A stretch of 64,000 bases of DNA from a virus (taxonomy: Duplodnaviria > Caudoviricetes). The notes beneath the pieces are model-generated. The model saw only the letters and a program-made list of their open reading frames with translations. It was not told the DNA's origin and made no database searches. Every line of letters begins with the position of its first letter. Position 1 is the first letter of the stretch. The stretch lies in the IMG/VR virus record IMGVR_UViG_3300013121_000034, positions 1 through 64,000 of that record. One strand, 5' to 3'. The translations under genes and the position numbers were made by a program. Below, in pieces: positions 9,939 through 19,768 of the stretch.

Positions 9939-10779
9939 CTTTTTTCTCCACCTTGGGCGCAGGCAGCGCCGATTCAACTGTCATAGTGATGATTTCAGAT
10001 TTCAGTCGCGGGTAGGCTAGCGCATTGGCAATCACGCCAAAGAACGCTTCCTGCAACTGCGATACTGCGGCAGCGTGTCCGGTATTGATATAGGGGACAC
10101 CTTTGTAGCCGGTTTCTTCGTCGTGAATATGCCGCACCCATTCGACAGCGTTGCGCCGCAAAATATTGCCCGCCATATCCACGTAAATAATATCCATCGC
10201 GCCGGTGCGATGATCGTTCGCATACATCATCGGCACAAAAAGCGTGCGACGCTTGTAGTGCAAATAGAAATTCCAGAACTGAATTGTGCGACTAAGTGAA
10301 AGCTTCGGCTCGTCAATACCGCCTTGGATGAAGGCTTCGCGCTTCGATTGATTCCAACCGTGAATAAAGCACCAGCTTGGATTGGAAAACTCTCGCTTGT
10401 CATATTCGGTCATCGGGTAGCAATTGACCGGAAAACCATCGTCCCCTTCCGCGTCCGCAGGCTTAGGCGGCACGGCTGCTTCTTTTTTCACCTTCGTAAT
10501 GAAGGCGCGTTCGCTCGTGGGGTCCATTTCCAAACGCACGCCGCGTGCGTCCAACGCTGCAATGATTTTGCTCATTGTCTTTTTCGTGCTGCGCATTTCG
10601 GTTTCGCGAAACGCTTCCAGCGTAGCAACGACATTTGGTTCGAGGCCAGCCGCCTTTGCCAACGCTTCGGCGGTTTTGAAATCCGCAGCGAAACGCGCAC
10701 CCTTCAAAAGATTGCCGGTCATACCGACCGGCTGCAAACGCTTGCCATTACGCGGCGCGTGTTTCTCAGTCTGCTCCAT
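9931..10779 (-). CDS. XRE-type HTH domain protein with unknown C-terminal domain
   Basis: LLKGAR...EALAKAAGL...TMSKIIAALDARGVRL resembles alphaproteobacterial XRE regulators. Confidence 0.55.
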   Translation of the reverse strand: MEQTEKHAPRNGKRLQPVGMTGNLLKGARFAADFKTAEALAKAAGLEPNVVATLEAFRETEMRSTKKTMSKIIAALDARGVRLEMDPTSERAFITKVKKEAAVPPKPADAEGDDGFPVNCYPMTEYDKREFSNPSWCFIHGWNQSKREAFIQGGIDEPKLSLSRTIQFWNFYLHYKRRTLFVPMMYANDHRTGAMDIIYVDMAGNILRRNAVEWVRHIHDEETGYKGVPYINTGHAAAVSQLQEAFFGVIANALAYPRLKSEIITMTVESALPAPKVEKKDA

Positions 10780-10836
10780 AGCTATTTCCGTTCGGTAGTT
10801 GAGTCGGCCATGTTACCGCTCAACGTCTCTTTACCA

Positions 10837-11937
10837 TCACGCGGCGAGGCGTCGCTCTATCGCCTTGTTCAAGTGTTTCCACGCCAGAACTTTTGCTTTC
10901 TTCTGGAAGCAATTTTCATCGCCCGGAATGGCATAGGGACATTCCTCGTTGAACCCGAAGCCGTATTTCATATACGTCTTGTAGTCGGATTTTTGATGGC
11001 AGGGGCGCGCATCGGCTAGCGCCAACACTGTTTCTTTTTTGGGCTCTTGACCCTTCGCGATTTTGCGCTGAATGATCTGCGCGAGGCGCACGCCTTCAAC
11101 GGTTTCGTCTAGCAATTCACGCATCAGCTTCAAGGCTTCATCCGTTACCTTGAAATAGATGCCAACTTTTTGTGTGCGTGCGCGAACGTCCTTGACGCCG
11201 GTGCCTGATTTTTGCGGGTCTTCGCCAGCCTTGTCGCGTGAGTAATAGACGAGCGCGACGTAATCGGGACGCATACCCATGCGATCCAACATGCACGCGT
11301 AAGCCCATTTCTGAAAAAGATGCTTCGCGTAAGGCAGGAAGCGGTGCGGGTTATCGATGTTGAAACTCGACGTCGATTTGAACTCCCATAACACAAAACG
11401 ATTGGAGTGCTTGGTTATCAAATCGCAGTGGCCGGATATGAACGCGCGATCATCGTCCTTGTGCGTCCACATCAAAGTCAGTTCGTCGTATTCCAGCAAA
11501 CCCTTTTTGCATTTGGGGCAAACCAAATCGTCAGGACGCTTGCACATCTTTTTGATGTAATTGCAAGGGTCGAACGGATCGGCATGCCGGTCGCATTTCC
11601 AATTGCCGAATACGTTTTTGCCGTAGCGCGAACGTGGAAACGCAAACTGCACGGCGCTATGAATAGCAGTGCCGACACGCGTGTAGAACTCGAACGAATA
11701 ATCCTTCCTGAACTTTTCGCCCTTCACTGCGTTAATCAACTCAAGCAGCGGGCAGAACGGAAGCGAAGACGCGCGAGGTTCGAATTTCAATTCTTCCTCG
11801 GTGAAGACAGAAAAAACGCCGTGGACAATATCGTCCAAGCGTTTGTGCATCGTGGTATTCTTTTTGATGGGCTTGTCGAAAACCGCCAGCGGATGCTGGC
11901 GGTAATCAGGAGCCTCACGTTCTAGCATACGCGGCAT
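10837..11937 (-). CDS. PD-(D/E)XK Cas4/RecB-like exonuclease
   Basis: ASSLPFCP, GTAIH, ISGHCD, WEFKS, Q..AY motifs; extra Cys cluster. Confidence 0.8.
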   Translation of the reverse strand: MPRMLEREAPDYRQHPLAVFDKPIKKNTTMHKRLDDIVHGVFSVFTEEELKFEPRASSLPFCPLLELINAVKGEKFRKDYSFEFYTRVGTAIHSAVQFAFPRSRYGKNVFGNWKCDRHADPFDPCNYIKKMCKRPDDLVCPKCKKGLLEYDELTLMWTHKDDDRAFISGHCDLITKHSNRFVLWEFKSTSSFNIDNPHRFLPYAKHLFQKWAYACMLDRMGMRPDYVALVYYSRDKAGEDPQKSGTGVKDVRARTQKVGIYFKVTDEALKLMRELLDETVEGVRLAQIIQRKIAKGQEPKKETVLALADARPCHQKSDYKTYMKYGFGFNEECPYAIPGDENCFQKKAKVLAWKHLNKAIERRLAA

Positions 11938-12132
11938 ACCGTTCTCGTTGTTGTGATATAGGCTATTCTTTTAGATGACGCTTTAGGTCCGTCTCGATCT
12001 GATCCAATGTGTCGCTAACGGCCATACGTTTGATTTTCGATTCGGTCGGCGGACGACATTCAAGAGGGAACGTCATGCGCTCTAGTTCACGTCGCAGCAG
12101 TTCACTGTTGGACGGCGGTGATGGGTATGCGT

Positions 12133-12381
12133 TCATCGCCTCGCCCTTTCTTTTTCGATCAAGTCGACAGCATCCTTAAGGGTTTTGACGTTCTCAAGGT
12201 CGTCATCTTTGATTTCGACCAAAAAATCTTCCTCGAACGCCATTGCCAATTCGATAACGTCCAAGCTGTCTGCGCCAAGGTCGTCAATAAAGTTCGACTC
12301 CAGCTTGGTTTTTTCTGGCGTCGTTCCCAAATGGTCGCGCGTGTTACGCAGAACCAGTTCCTCGATTTCCTTACGATCCAT
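12133..12381 (-). CDS. acpP: Acyl carrier protein
   Basis: FIDDLGADSLDVIELAMAFEEDF with intact phosphopantetheine serine. Confidence 0.95.
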   Translation of the reverse strand: MDRKEIEELVLRNTRDHLGTTPEKTKLESNFIDDLGADSLDVIELAMAFEEDFLVEIKDDDLENVKTLKDAVDLIEKERARR

Positions 12382-12390
12382 AAGGCCCTC

Positions 12391-12576
12391 TCATTGTGCT
12401 ATGCCGCAATACTCGGTCGACTCTTTACCATCTAGCGAATAATAGACGGTGCAGCCTTGCGAATTTTCGTCCTTTTCTTTGTGTGTCAACTCGTACGTCC
12501 ACATGCAAAACAAGGCAAGGATGAACATGGCGATTAAGAAGTCGGATAGGCTGTTGCGGTTGTTCATGTCGATCAC
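12391..12576 (-). CDS. Small membrane protein
   Basis: Single hydrophobic segment FLIAMFILALFCMW. Confidence 0.55.
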   Translation of the reverse strand: MIDMNNRNSLSDFLIAMFILALFCMWTYELTHKEKDENSQGCTVYYSLDGKESTEYCGIAQ

Positions 12577-13046
12577 CTGTCTGGCTCCAAAATTACGGGC
12601 TGAGGCCCTCTTTTTTGATTTTGATATTTACCCGTGTATGGTCGATCTGTTGGTTCATCTAGCCAGTGAAATACAAGTTGGCATATCGGATCACCTTGCT
12701 GTATTTGGACAATATTTTTGGCAGTATTTTTTAGCTCCAGCGTTAAGTTTCCTTTGAATCCCGCATCTATAAGTGTATTGAATGCCATGATGCCTAAACG
12801 GGCATACGAACTTTTATCTACAACAAAAGCTGCCACATTATTCGGTATGTCCAAGTCTTCTATCGTCGAGGCTAATGCGTAGTCGCCCGGATTTAGTGTA
12901 AGGTTCTGATCGATTCGTACGTCATAACTACACGAACTCAAACCGTAGCTTTTTCCGTTCACTACTGTTTTTTCTTCCACAAACGGATAAATCATAGGAG
13001 TATCTGTAATACAAAGTTTACGAATTGATTGGGCCGATAACAGCAT
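12573..13046 (-). CDS. dcd: dCTP deaminase (trimeric dUTPase superfamily)
   Basis: SYGLSSCSYDVRI, KSSYARLG, IDAGFKGNLTLEL, ICQLVF, YTGKYQNQ. Confidence 0.9.
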   Translation of the reverse strand: MLLSAQSIRKLCITDTPMIYPFVEEKTVVNGKSYGLSSCSYDVRIDQNLTLNPGDYALASTIEDLDIPNNVAAFVVDKSSYARLGIMAFNTLIDAGFKGNLTLELKNTAKNIVQIQQGDPICQLVFHWLDEPTDRPYTGKYQNQKRGPQPVILEPDR

Positions 13047-13049
13047 GGG

Positions 13050-13610
13050 TTACGCTCCTGATTTCTCTAGCAGAGACGCTGCTCTGCGCATAAGTTGTGG
13101 CGAATCTTTGAAGGCTCCCAAACCGCGATTGCAGTTATGACATAGTATGAACCTAACTTTTTTAGTCTTATGACAATGATCGACATTCCATCCTTTAGAA
13201 CCTGTCTCGTTAGCGGGTTTCTTAGTACCACATATGGCACAACGACCCTTTTGTTTCTTTAGAATGAAAGCAAACGCAAGAGAATCTAACCCTGCCCCGC
13301 CTCCACGTTTGCGCATATTTATTATAGCGCGTTGCTTGGGGTCTTTGCGGCGCTTCGCGGCTTGCACGCGTTGGCGTTTTCGAACAACATCTTGGTTTGC
13401 CTTGTAGTATCTTTTAACTCTCTCGGCTGCCAACCGGCGTACATGTTCAGGGTTTTCCTGCATGCGTTTAGTATGTGCTAATTTATTATCTTCGTTAACA
13501 CACTTTTTGCATCGCGGCGTTAGACCGTCTCTGCTAGCCGCATGCCTGTAGAAATTGGTAAAGGTAGCAGCAAAACGATTTTGGCATTTTTTACAAACTT
13601 TGTAATGCAT
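13050..13610 (-). CDS. Endonuclease VII-family HNH free-standing homing endonuclease
   Basis: CAICG...VDHCHKTKKVRFILCHNCNRGLGAFKD; N-terminal CxxC..CxxC; AT-rich. Confidence 0.88.
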   Translation of the reverse strand: MHYKVCKKCQNRFAATFTNFYRHAASRDGLTPRCKKCVNEDNKLAHTKRMQENPEHVRRLAAERVKRYYKANQDVVRKRQRVQAAKRRKDPKQRAIINMRKRGGGAGLDSLAFAFILKKQKGRCAICGTKKPANETGSKGWNVDHCHKTKKVRFILCHNCNRGLGAFKDSPQLMRRAASLLEKSGA

Positions 13611-13621
13611 GTAATAACGCC

Positions 13622-14218
13622 TTATGCTTTGTAACCCATCGAAAATTCGGTGTGGCGCGGTTTAGTCGCTTCAAGAAAGTCGTTGAACTGCTTCTCGATT
13701 TGTTCAAGCGCCTCTTTGTCAGTTTCGCCTTCACCTTTGAAGGATACAGTGAACTTAAAATCCAACACGTGCCCTTGTTTGGGTATGATGTGCATTTCAT
13801 CGGCGTGCCGGTGCGGTGTAGACATGACCCAAAAGGTGTGCTTTTTACCGTGCAAACGATAATCGTTGTGCACGACCACCATCAAGCCTTGCTTGCGCAG
13901 CCGACCTAAAATTTCGAACGCCTCATTTTGCGCAAAAAGTTCGCGCAAGTTATCTGTTGCTTCGATTTGCTTGCGGGCGAGTTGAACCTCGATACCGTTT
14001 GCAGCTTCCTCAATTTCGTTTTCAACGTCGTTAAGAAACTTTTCGAGCGAGGCTGTGAGTTCGTCGCTGCCTTCAATTGTTTTTGCCAGCGACCGAAAAT
14101 AAGTCAGGCTCGTGAAGCTTGCGTGCAATACACGATGCGCCAATTTCATGGTAACGACTCCACGTGATCCCACCGACAATGCAGCCAATTCCAAATGATC
14201 CATCCACCATGCGGCCAA
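13622..14218 (-). CDS. Hypothetical phage protein
   Basis: ORF in run; likely start MKLAHRV near 14149. Confidence 0.6.
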   Translation of the reverse strand: MAAWWMDHLELAALSVGSRGVVTMKLAHRVLHASFTSLTYFRSLAKTIEGSDELTASLEKFLNDVENEIEEAANGIEVQLARKQIEATDNLRELFAQNEAFEILGRLRKQGLMVVVHNDYRLHGKKHTFWVMSTPHRHADEMHIIPKQGHVLDFKFTVSFKGEGETDKEALEQIEKQFNDFLEATKPRHTEFSMGYKA

Positions 14219-14489
14219 CGCACTGCTATAAGCGAGCGTTCTTTATCGATGGTGTAGGGCGATCTATCTGCGAGCATTTTTGGGTCGGCCCGTAATACGA
14301 CCTACTACGTCACACAACGCGATGTAGGCTTGGTCCTCTGATGGAGCGCCTCGTCTCTTTTCTTTGGCACGCATATACTGCACTACCGCCTTGCGCAATT
14401 GCTCCAACTGCGCCTCAATCGACACGCGTTCTTTTGGGCCAAGCCTTTCGGCGTTAGCCATGATCGTCTTAATAAATTGCGGTGAAGGC

Positions 14490-14999
14490 TTACGTCCGCC
14501 CATAGTCGCTCGCATCTTTCATCGAAACTGGAATCCCTGCGCTATTCAGGCGTTCTTTCCACTCCAACGTTGCGAGCAAATTTTTCTTGATCGTTTGATT
14601 GATGAACACGCAGCGCACGGCTTCTGCAATAGGCAGACTGAAATGTGGAGAGCCGTAACAGCGGTAAATGATCTGCGCGTTCGACATTGCCGGAGCCTTC
14701 GGCAAAAATCGCGATTCAAAATCGTAACGTTCACGGCGCATAAAGAACGAGCGACGTGCGGTGACACCTAGGCGCAAGCCCATTTTGGCTTTCTCATGAA
14801 CCAGCACGATTTCCATGTGCTTGGCGCGCACTTTGCTTAACGCAAACATGTTGACGCCGTATTCTCCAAACATATCATTCGATTCCACGGTCCACGACAG
14901 CGGAAAATCGTACATGCTTTGAATGATGGCGCTGTGAATCTCGCCGTAATTAATGTCCGTGTTGGAACGCATGTCGTCGACGTCTTCGAGATTTATCAT
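14490..14999 (-). CDS. Hypothetical protein
   Basis: ATGA-coupled to upstream gene. Confidence 0.6.
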   Translation of the reverse strand: MINLEDVDDMRSNTDINYGEIHSAIIQSMYDFPLSWTVESNDMFGEYGVNMFALSKVRAKHMEIVLVHEKAKMGLRLGVTARRSFFMRRERYDFESRFLPKAPAMSNAQIIYRCYGSPHFSLPIAEAVRCVFINQTIKKNLLATLEWKERLNSAGIPVSMKDASDYGRT

Positions 15000-15439
15000 T
15001 GCGCTGCCTCAGCTTCTTTTTCTTCGCACGTTAACGGAGGATCGGGAACGTTATCTTGCTCTACCGACAAGTCGTCGACGTGTTTTTCGGCGAACGCTTC
15101 GACGTCTTTCACGCGCAGCAAACCGCCTTTCGCTAATCCCTTTACCTTGTCGATGAAGCCTTGCAGCACATGCAAATCGTGTTCTTTAATATGCTTGTGA
15201 AATGCGTCCCGTTCTCCATTTAGATGTTCGCGGACTGAGGTTTTCTCAACCTCGAAAGCTTCGCGCTTGTCTTTCAATTCACCTTCTGCGTCTTTTACGT
15301 TTTCTATCGTTACGGCTTGACGCAAATAGTTTATGACGTTGATGTTTGCGGAGTAGTGCGCCTCCGTTAAAAGTGCGACGAGGTAGCCGTCGAAATAGAT
15401 TTCGTCGCCTATGACCGTGAAGGGAGGCTTGTCGATCAT
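14996..15439 (-). CDS. Hypothetical protein
   Basis: ATGA-coupled ORF. Confidence 0.6.
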   Translation of the reverse strand: MIDKPPFTVIGDEIYFDGYLVALLTEAHYSANINVINYLRQAVTIENVKDAEGELKDKREAFEVEKTSVREHLNGERDAFHKHIKEHDLHVLQGFIDKVKGLAKGGLLRVKDVEAFAEKHVDDLSVEQDNVPDPPLTCEEKEAEAAQ

Positions 15440-15918
15440 GTTTGGTCCGCTCCTACATCAATGACTTTTGGAATGTCGTCACGCGAGCGATCAATCAAAT
15501 GGCCTGTGCGAACGGGGGCCGCGTGCGCGATGATCTTTCTTTGTCTGTGCGTTGCCGCTTGAAGCGTAAAATTCTCAGCTTCCTCCGTAGCAATAGCTAC
15601 GGCATCCGCATCGCTTTCGGCGCGCACGACAATTGGATGATAGGACATATCATAAATCTGCTCTACCCAAACAAAATACTGATTTGGGACGGGCTCGCCC
15701 ATCGGGTGCGGCGCAGTCACCTTGCCCTTCTTTTTTCGCGGCGTCACCAATTCCAATTGGTCGGCTATGAATAGGCACGTCTGCTCGGTTTGCTTTCCGA
15801 GATACGGAATGTTTACCGTCACAAGGCCACGACCATGACTCACATGCTTCACGACCATATATGGAAAGTCGGAAGGTTCTTTTGTCTTGACGTGATCGCC
15901 TTCGAAAAATCGGGTCAT
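15436..15918 (-). CDS. Hypothetical protein with SH3/KOW-like N-terminus
   Basis: FFEGDHVKTK..PYMVV pattern. Confidence 0.55.
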   Translation of the reverse strand: MTRFFEGDHVKTKEPSDFPYMVVKHVSHGRGLVTVNIPYLGKQTEQTCLFIADQLELVTPRKKKGKVTAPHPMGEPVPNQYFVWVEQIYDMSYHPIVVRAESDADAVAIATEEAENFTLQAATHRQRKIIAHAAPVRTGHLIDRSRDDIPKVIDVGADQT

Positions 15919-15929
15919 GGTTTATCCCT

Positions 15930-16826
15930 CTAGCGGAAACACAAATCGAGTTGCAGCGTGTTGACCGCTTCCAGCGTATCGTTTTTGTTGTCGTGCGCGA
16001 GCGGTATTGTGTAGACGGGAAAATGCGCCGCAAGATTATCCACCTTGGTTTTTTGACGCTTCAAGAAAGAACGTGATTGATCGCGTTCCGCCTCGCGCCG
16101 TTTGCGCAGCACCTTGGCGCTCGTCTGCACGTGATAGACACGCAGCTTCATACCCATGTTGATGATGGCGTTGAACATCGACCAATTACACAAACGGTCG
16201 CCTTCAAAGATCACGGTGTTGTTGACCGTTTTCAAAAACTCTATCACTTGCGGCTGCACGGCCATAGACAATTTGTCGGTGCCGGGAAATTGTTCGCCGT
16301 CCTCGTAACGCCCTAAAATAATGGTGCCGGTGTTTTCTTGGCGGTGATACTTGACGAGGCCACGCTTCTTTTTCTTCCACTCACCAATTTTCAGCAAGCG
16401 TTTCACTATGCGCGACTTGCCGGTGCACGGCTCTCCCATGATCGCAATGACCTTAATCACGTGATCGTCGCTACCATCATAGTCGTATCCGTTTGCTTTC
16501 TTGAAAATTGGACGCGCGTGACATGCAAGTGGCTCACAATGGCAAATCAAACTTTTACCGCGCAGCGGGCTCACATCTAAATTTGGTAGTTGCTTCTCTA
16601 CGAATTTTGCAATGCATTCCTCTCGCGTGCCGTGCTTACCAACTACAAAACGATTTCCATAAGGCGTCTTTCTGTCCACCCAAACGGCGTCGTCAGGAAT
16701 CGGTATGTGGCCGCGATTTTTCCAATTGTAGATTCGAGGCCGTTGCCGCGAGCGATAATACTGCGTCAACTCACACGTCAGCGGCTCTCTGAGTATCTTT
16801 TTCTTGAGCGCGGACCAGTCGTGCAT
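15930..16826 (-). CDS. DUF4326 domain fused to a P-loop nucleotide kinase
   Basis: TPYGNRF...LRGKSLICHCEPLACHA, then GEPCTGKS, GTDKLSMAVQP, IFEGDRL. Confidence 0.75.
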   Translation of the reverse strand: MHDWSALKKKILREPLTCELTQYYRSRQRPRIYNWKNRGHIPIPDDAVWVDRKTPYGNRFVVGKHGTREECIAKFVEKQLPNLDVSPLRGKSLICHCEPLACHARPIFKKANGYDYDGSDDHVIKVIAIMGEPCTGKSRIVKRLLKIGEWKKKKRGLVKYHRQENTGTIILGRYEDGEQFPGTDKLSMAVQPQVIEFLKTVNNTVIFEGDRLCNWSMFNAIINMGMKLRVYHVQTSAKVLRKRREAERDQSRSFLKRQKTKVDNLAAHFPVYTIPLAHDNKNDTLEAVNTLQLDLCFR

Positions 16827-17008
16827 GCGCTGTTATCCCTAGCAAGTTTTCGTAGTCGCAAAACGAGCGCCTTCTGATCGTCGTCCAGTGCCTTTACCTT
16901 CATCTTGCGATTGTCCGCGTCGCCTGCGTTTAGCGAAACGTTGCCTGTTTCGATATGATTAGCCCACATGTTCAACGCGTGGGTTATGAGTTCTTTATCC
17001 GTCTGCAT
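16778..17008 (-). CDS. Hypothetical protein
   Basis: 76 aa ORF bridging two genes. Confidence 0.5.
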   Translation of the reverse strand: MQTDKELITHALNMWANHIETGNVSLNAGDADNRKMKVKALDDDQKALVLRLRKLARDNSACTTGPRSRKRYSESR

Positions 17009-18320
17009 TGACAGTTCTCAGCGCAGTTGTGTTTTTGCGTTCATCGGAAATGCGCAACGCTTCGCCAACTCCAGCGTAAGGGTCTTTCGGATACGTCAAA
17101 AAGGCCGATTGCAGGTCGTTGAGAGAAATCGTATCGATAGCCGTGAGACGTTCGTCGACCGTGTCGACGTTATAAAAGTTCATATACATAAGGCCAGCTT
17201 CACGCGCGGTGCCTAGCGTGAAACGGAAATGACGGTCGATACGTCCAGCACGCACAAGGGCCGGATCAAGTTTCTCGGGATGATTCGACGTGTAAATCAA
17301 AATGCGGCCCTCAGTCGCGACAAGACCATCGGTCGCATTCAGCAATCCGCTTAATGTCAAACGATCCTCGTTCTTTTCACCGTCGCCACGTGCAGTTGCT
17401 TGTTGGATTTTTGGAGCAGCGCGTTTGTTCGTAACAGCGAACGTGTCAATGTCTTCGATCACAAGCAATGCACGTGAAGGAATTTGACGCATGACCGACA
17501 ACAAACGGTCGTCCGAATCGACAGACGACAAATTCAGATAGTAAATCGGCAAACCCATTTCGCTCGCCAGAACTGCAATCAGAGAACTTTTGCCACAGCC
17601 TGGTGGACCTGAAAATACATAGCCGTGTCGCCACGGTTGACCGCGACGCATGTATTCCTTACGGCTTGCGTAAAAATCGCGCATATCCGATAGCACGTCG
17701 TCCACAAACCCTTCTGGAAAGAACACGCTCGATAGAGGACGTTTCGTATGATAGCCGGTGTGCCATTCACCAAAACTGCTGAATACACGAATGACCAAAC
17801 TGTCTTCATTCATCGAATTAAGTTTGGCGTTGCCCTCGTGAATGAGTTGCTCGAAATGATCGCGACGCTTGAAAAACGTCGTGACGGTAATTTCCTCCAT
17901 CTTGCCGTGGCCTTGGCGTTCAACGAGCGCGCGGTTTACGATGTACCAAATACCCTTGTCGCGAAAAGTATGCGTCCCCATAGCAGGGGTCATAGTGATA
18001 GGTTGTTTGTTACTCTCGCGTGTCGAACCATCCGCCGACGCCACAGGTATTTCATGTGCGTTGCGTATGCCTTGAATTGACGATGCGAACAATCGCGACG
18101 CGTATTTTTGCGAATACGTTGTCGAATCGAGCCACATGACGATTCCCGTGAACGGATAAAGATCGTTCGACGTGTCGACAGTGAGTGATATGGTTATGCG
18201 CGCGAAAACGAATTGGAGGATTCGACTCCAATAGCGCCACACAAAACCCACGACAGTTGCCATACCGCCAGCGCCTAAAGCGCCGACGAATATGGGATTG
18301 CTTAGTAGTTGTTCGAGCAT
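16995..18320 (-). CDS. BCS1-like AAA+ ATPase with N-terminal membrane anchor
   Basis: N-terminal hydrophobic helix; KRPLSSVF, GPPGCGKSS, VIEDID, LTLSGLLNATDG, TSNHPEKLDPALVRAGRID. Confidence 0.88.
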   Translation of the reverse strand: MLEQLLSNPIFVGALGAGGMATVVGFVWRYWSRILQFVFARITISLTVDTSNDLYPFTGIVMWLDSTTYSQKYASRLFASSIQGIRNAHEIPVASADGSTRESNKQPITMTPAMGTHTFRDKGIWYIVNRALVERQGHGKMEEITVTTFFKRRDHFEQLIHEGNAKLNSMNEDSLVIRVFSSFGEWHTGYHTKRPLSSVFFPEGFVDDVLSDMRDFYASRKEYMRRGQPWRHGYVFSGPPGCGKSSLIAVLASEMGLPIYYLNLSSVDSDDRLLSVMRQIPSRALLVIEDIDTFAVTNKRAAPKIQQATARGDGEKNEDRLTLSGLLNATDGLVATEGRILIYTSNHPEKLDPALVRAGRIDRHFRFTLGTAREAGLMYMNFYNVDTVDERLTAIDTISLNDLQSAFLTYPKDPYAGVGEALRISDERKNTTALRTVNADG

Positions 18321-18329
18321 GACGAAATC

Positions 18330-18665
18330 CTAGACGATAGCGTCTTCGTGCTTTTTCATGTAAGCTTCGGTGCGCACAAACTCATGCAGAATAAAATGGT
18401 TGCTCTTGTCCATAGCAATCATAAGCGGACCCCATCCCTTTTGCGGCCCGTCTTCAATCGTGCCAAACAAGCCGTTCAGCAACCCGATAATGCCAAGCGC
18501 AGGCTTCGCACTTTGCATCACTTGAATTTCCTGTGGGTAGTCGTCCAACGGCTTGTTCAAATCAAACCGCGTGTTGACAAACATCGCCATCAAGTCGGGA
18601 TCGACTTGCAGCATTTTGTTGAGGTAGTCGATCACGTCTTGGATGGTCACAGATTCACGGATCAT
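18330..18665 (-). CDS. Hypothetical protein
   Basis: GGAG RBS; 111 aa. Confidence 0.65.
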   Translation of the reverse strand: MIRESVTIQDVIDYLNKMLQVDPDLMAMFVNTRFDLNKPLDDYPQEIQVMQSAKPALGIIGLLNGLFGTIEDGPQKGWGPLMIAMDKSNHFILHEFVRTEAYMKKHEDAIV

Positions 18666-18683
18666 GGTTTGCTCCTGCTTCTT

Positions 18684-18956
18684 TTACGGTTCCAGCATAT
18701 CTCCGCCGTAGTCGACGGAGTCGATTATGTCCTGATCGCGCGGCAACACTGGCGACAAATTCAACGTCGTGCTTGTGCTGCCCGGAAGGATTTTGCCTTT
18801 CTGAATTTCACCGGCGGAAACGACTTTTGCCTTACCCATACCGATATGCGTTTTGATAGCCTTCACAACTAGGCTATGAATAAGTGCGTTGGGAAAAATG
18901 ATAGGCACATATTGCGTGAACGTTTTGTGCTTCACGCGCATCATGACATATTTCAA
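18684..18956 (-). CDS. Hypothetical protein
   Basis: 90 aa ORF in run. Confidence 0.65.
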   Translation of the reverse strand: MKYVMMRVKHKTFTQYVPIIFPNALIHSLVVKAIKTHIGMGKAKVVSAGEIQKGKILPGSTSTTLNLSPVLPRDQDIIDSVDYGGDMLEP

Positions 18957-18957
18957 T

Positions 18958-19392
18958 TCACCCTCCGCCCGGATAGATGCCGGTCTTACGCCACTCGCGA
19001 ATCTTCAACAAACGAATTTGCGTTTTGCGTAGCGATTCTTTTGACCGCGCATACATGCTCTGCCCGTCTTTCTTTTCGTCCCATTCCTCTGGCGGCGGAA
19101 ATTGTTGCATGAGAATGCGATTGGTGATGCAACTACGCAGCGCGTTGCGCCTTGAATTAGCCACTTGCTGCGCAAGAGTAAGGGAATCCCACCATTCTTT
19201 ATGCTCACGCAACGCCACATCAAACTCAGCGTCTTGCGACGCCTCTGCTTGATCCTCCGGCATTTCCATGAGTTCATCCATCCTCATGTCTTCTTCGAGT
19301 TGTTTTTGTTCTATCTCGGCATCACTAAGTTCGTTGTCGCCTGAATACCGATTGTAGAACGGATCACCCGGTTTTGATCGGCGAATAACCAT
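18958..19392 (-). CDS. Hypothetical protein
   Basis: 144 aa ORF in run. Confidence 0.6.
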   Translation of the reverse strand: MVIRRSKPGDPFYNRYSGDNELSDAEIEQKQLEEDMRMDELMEMPEDQAEASQDAEFDVALREHKEWWDSLTLAQQVANSRRNALRSCITNRILMQQFPPPEEWDEKKDGQSMYARSKESLRKTQIRLLKIREWRKTGIYPGGG

Positions 19393-19768
19393 AACGCACC
19401 TTAAATTCTGAACGACCGCGCGGTTCTTTCATGTAGTCTAACACATTTTGAATCGTCAATTCTGGAGCAACACCGCCAGACGGATCAGCTACGTCGCCAA
19501 TGAACTCCAAAAGATTGTTATACATAATGTCGACGTGATCGTAGCCATAATCGAGGATGGCCTTGGTAGCCGTCTCGATGCGCAAATGAACATTGGAGTC
19601 TTCCGTCCGCAACAACGCGTCACGCAAAACGCCCATCAAGCCTGCACGCCGACGACGCAAAAGACCGAGCGTCGAATCAGCGTCAGTGCGCTCTATGAAT
19701 GTCCGACGACGGGACGGATTCGTCTTGATGCGCATGGCTCCACGCATTGTCGATGATGGCGCGCACAA
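19364..19768 (-). CDS. Hypothetical protein
   Basis: ORF in run; likely start MRIKTNP. Confidence 0.55.
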   Translation of the reverse strand: MCAPSSTMRGAMRIKTNPSRRRTFIERTDADSTLGLLRRRRAGLMGVLRDALLRTEDSNVHLRIETATKAILDYGYDHVDIMYNNLLEFIGDVADPSGGVAPELTIQNVLDYMKEPRGRSEFKVRYGYSPIKTG

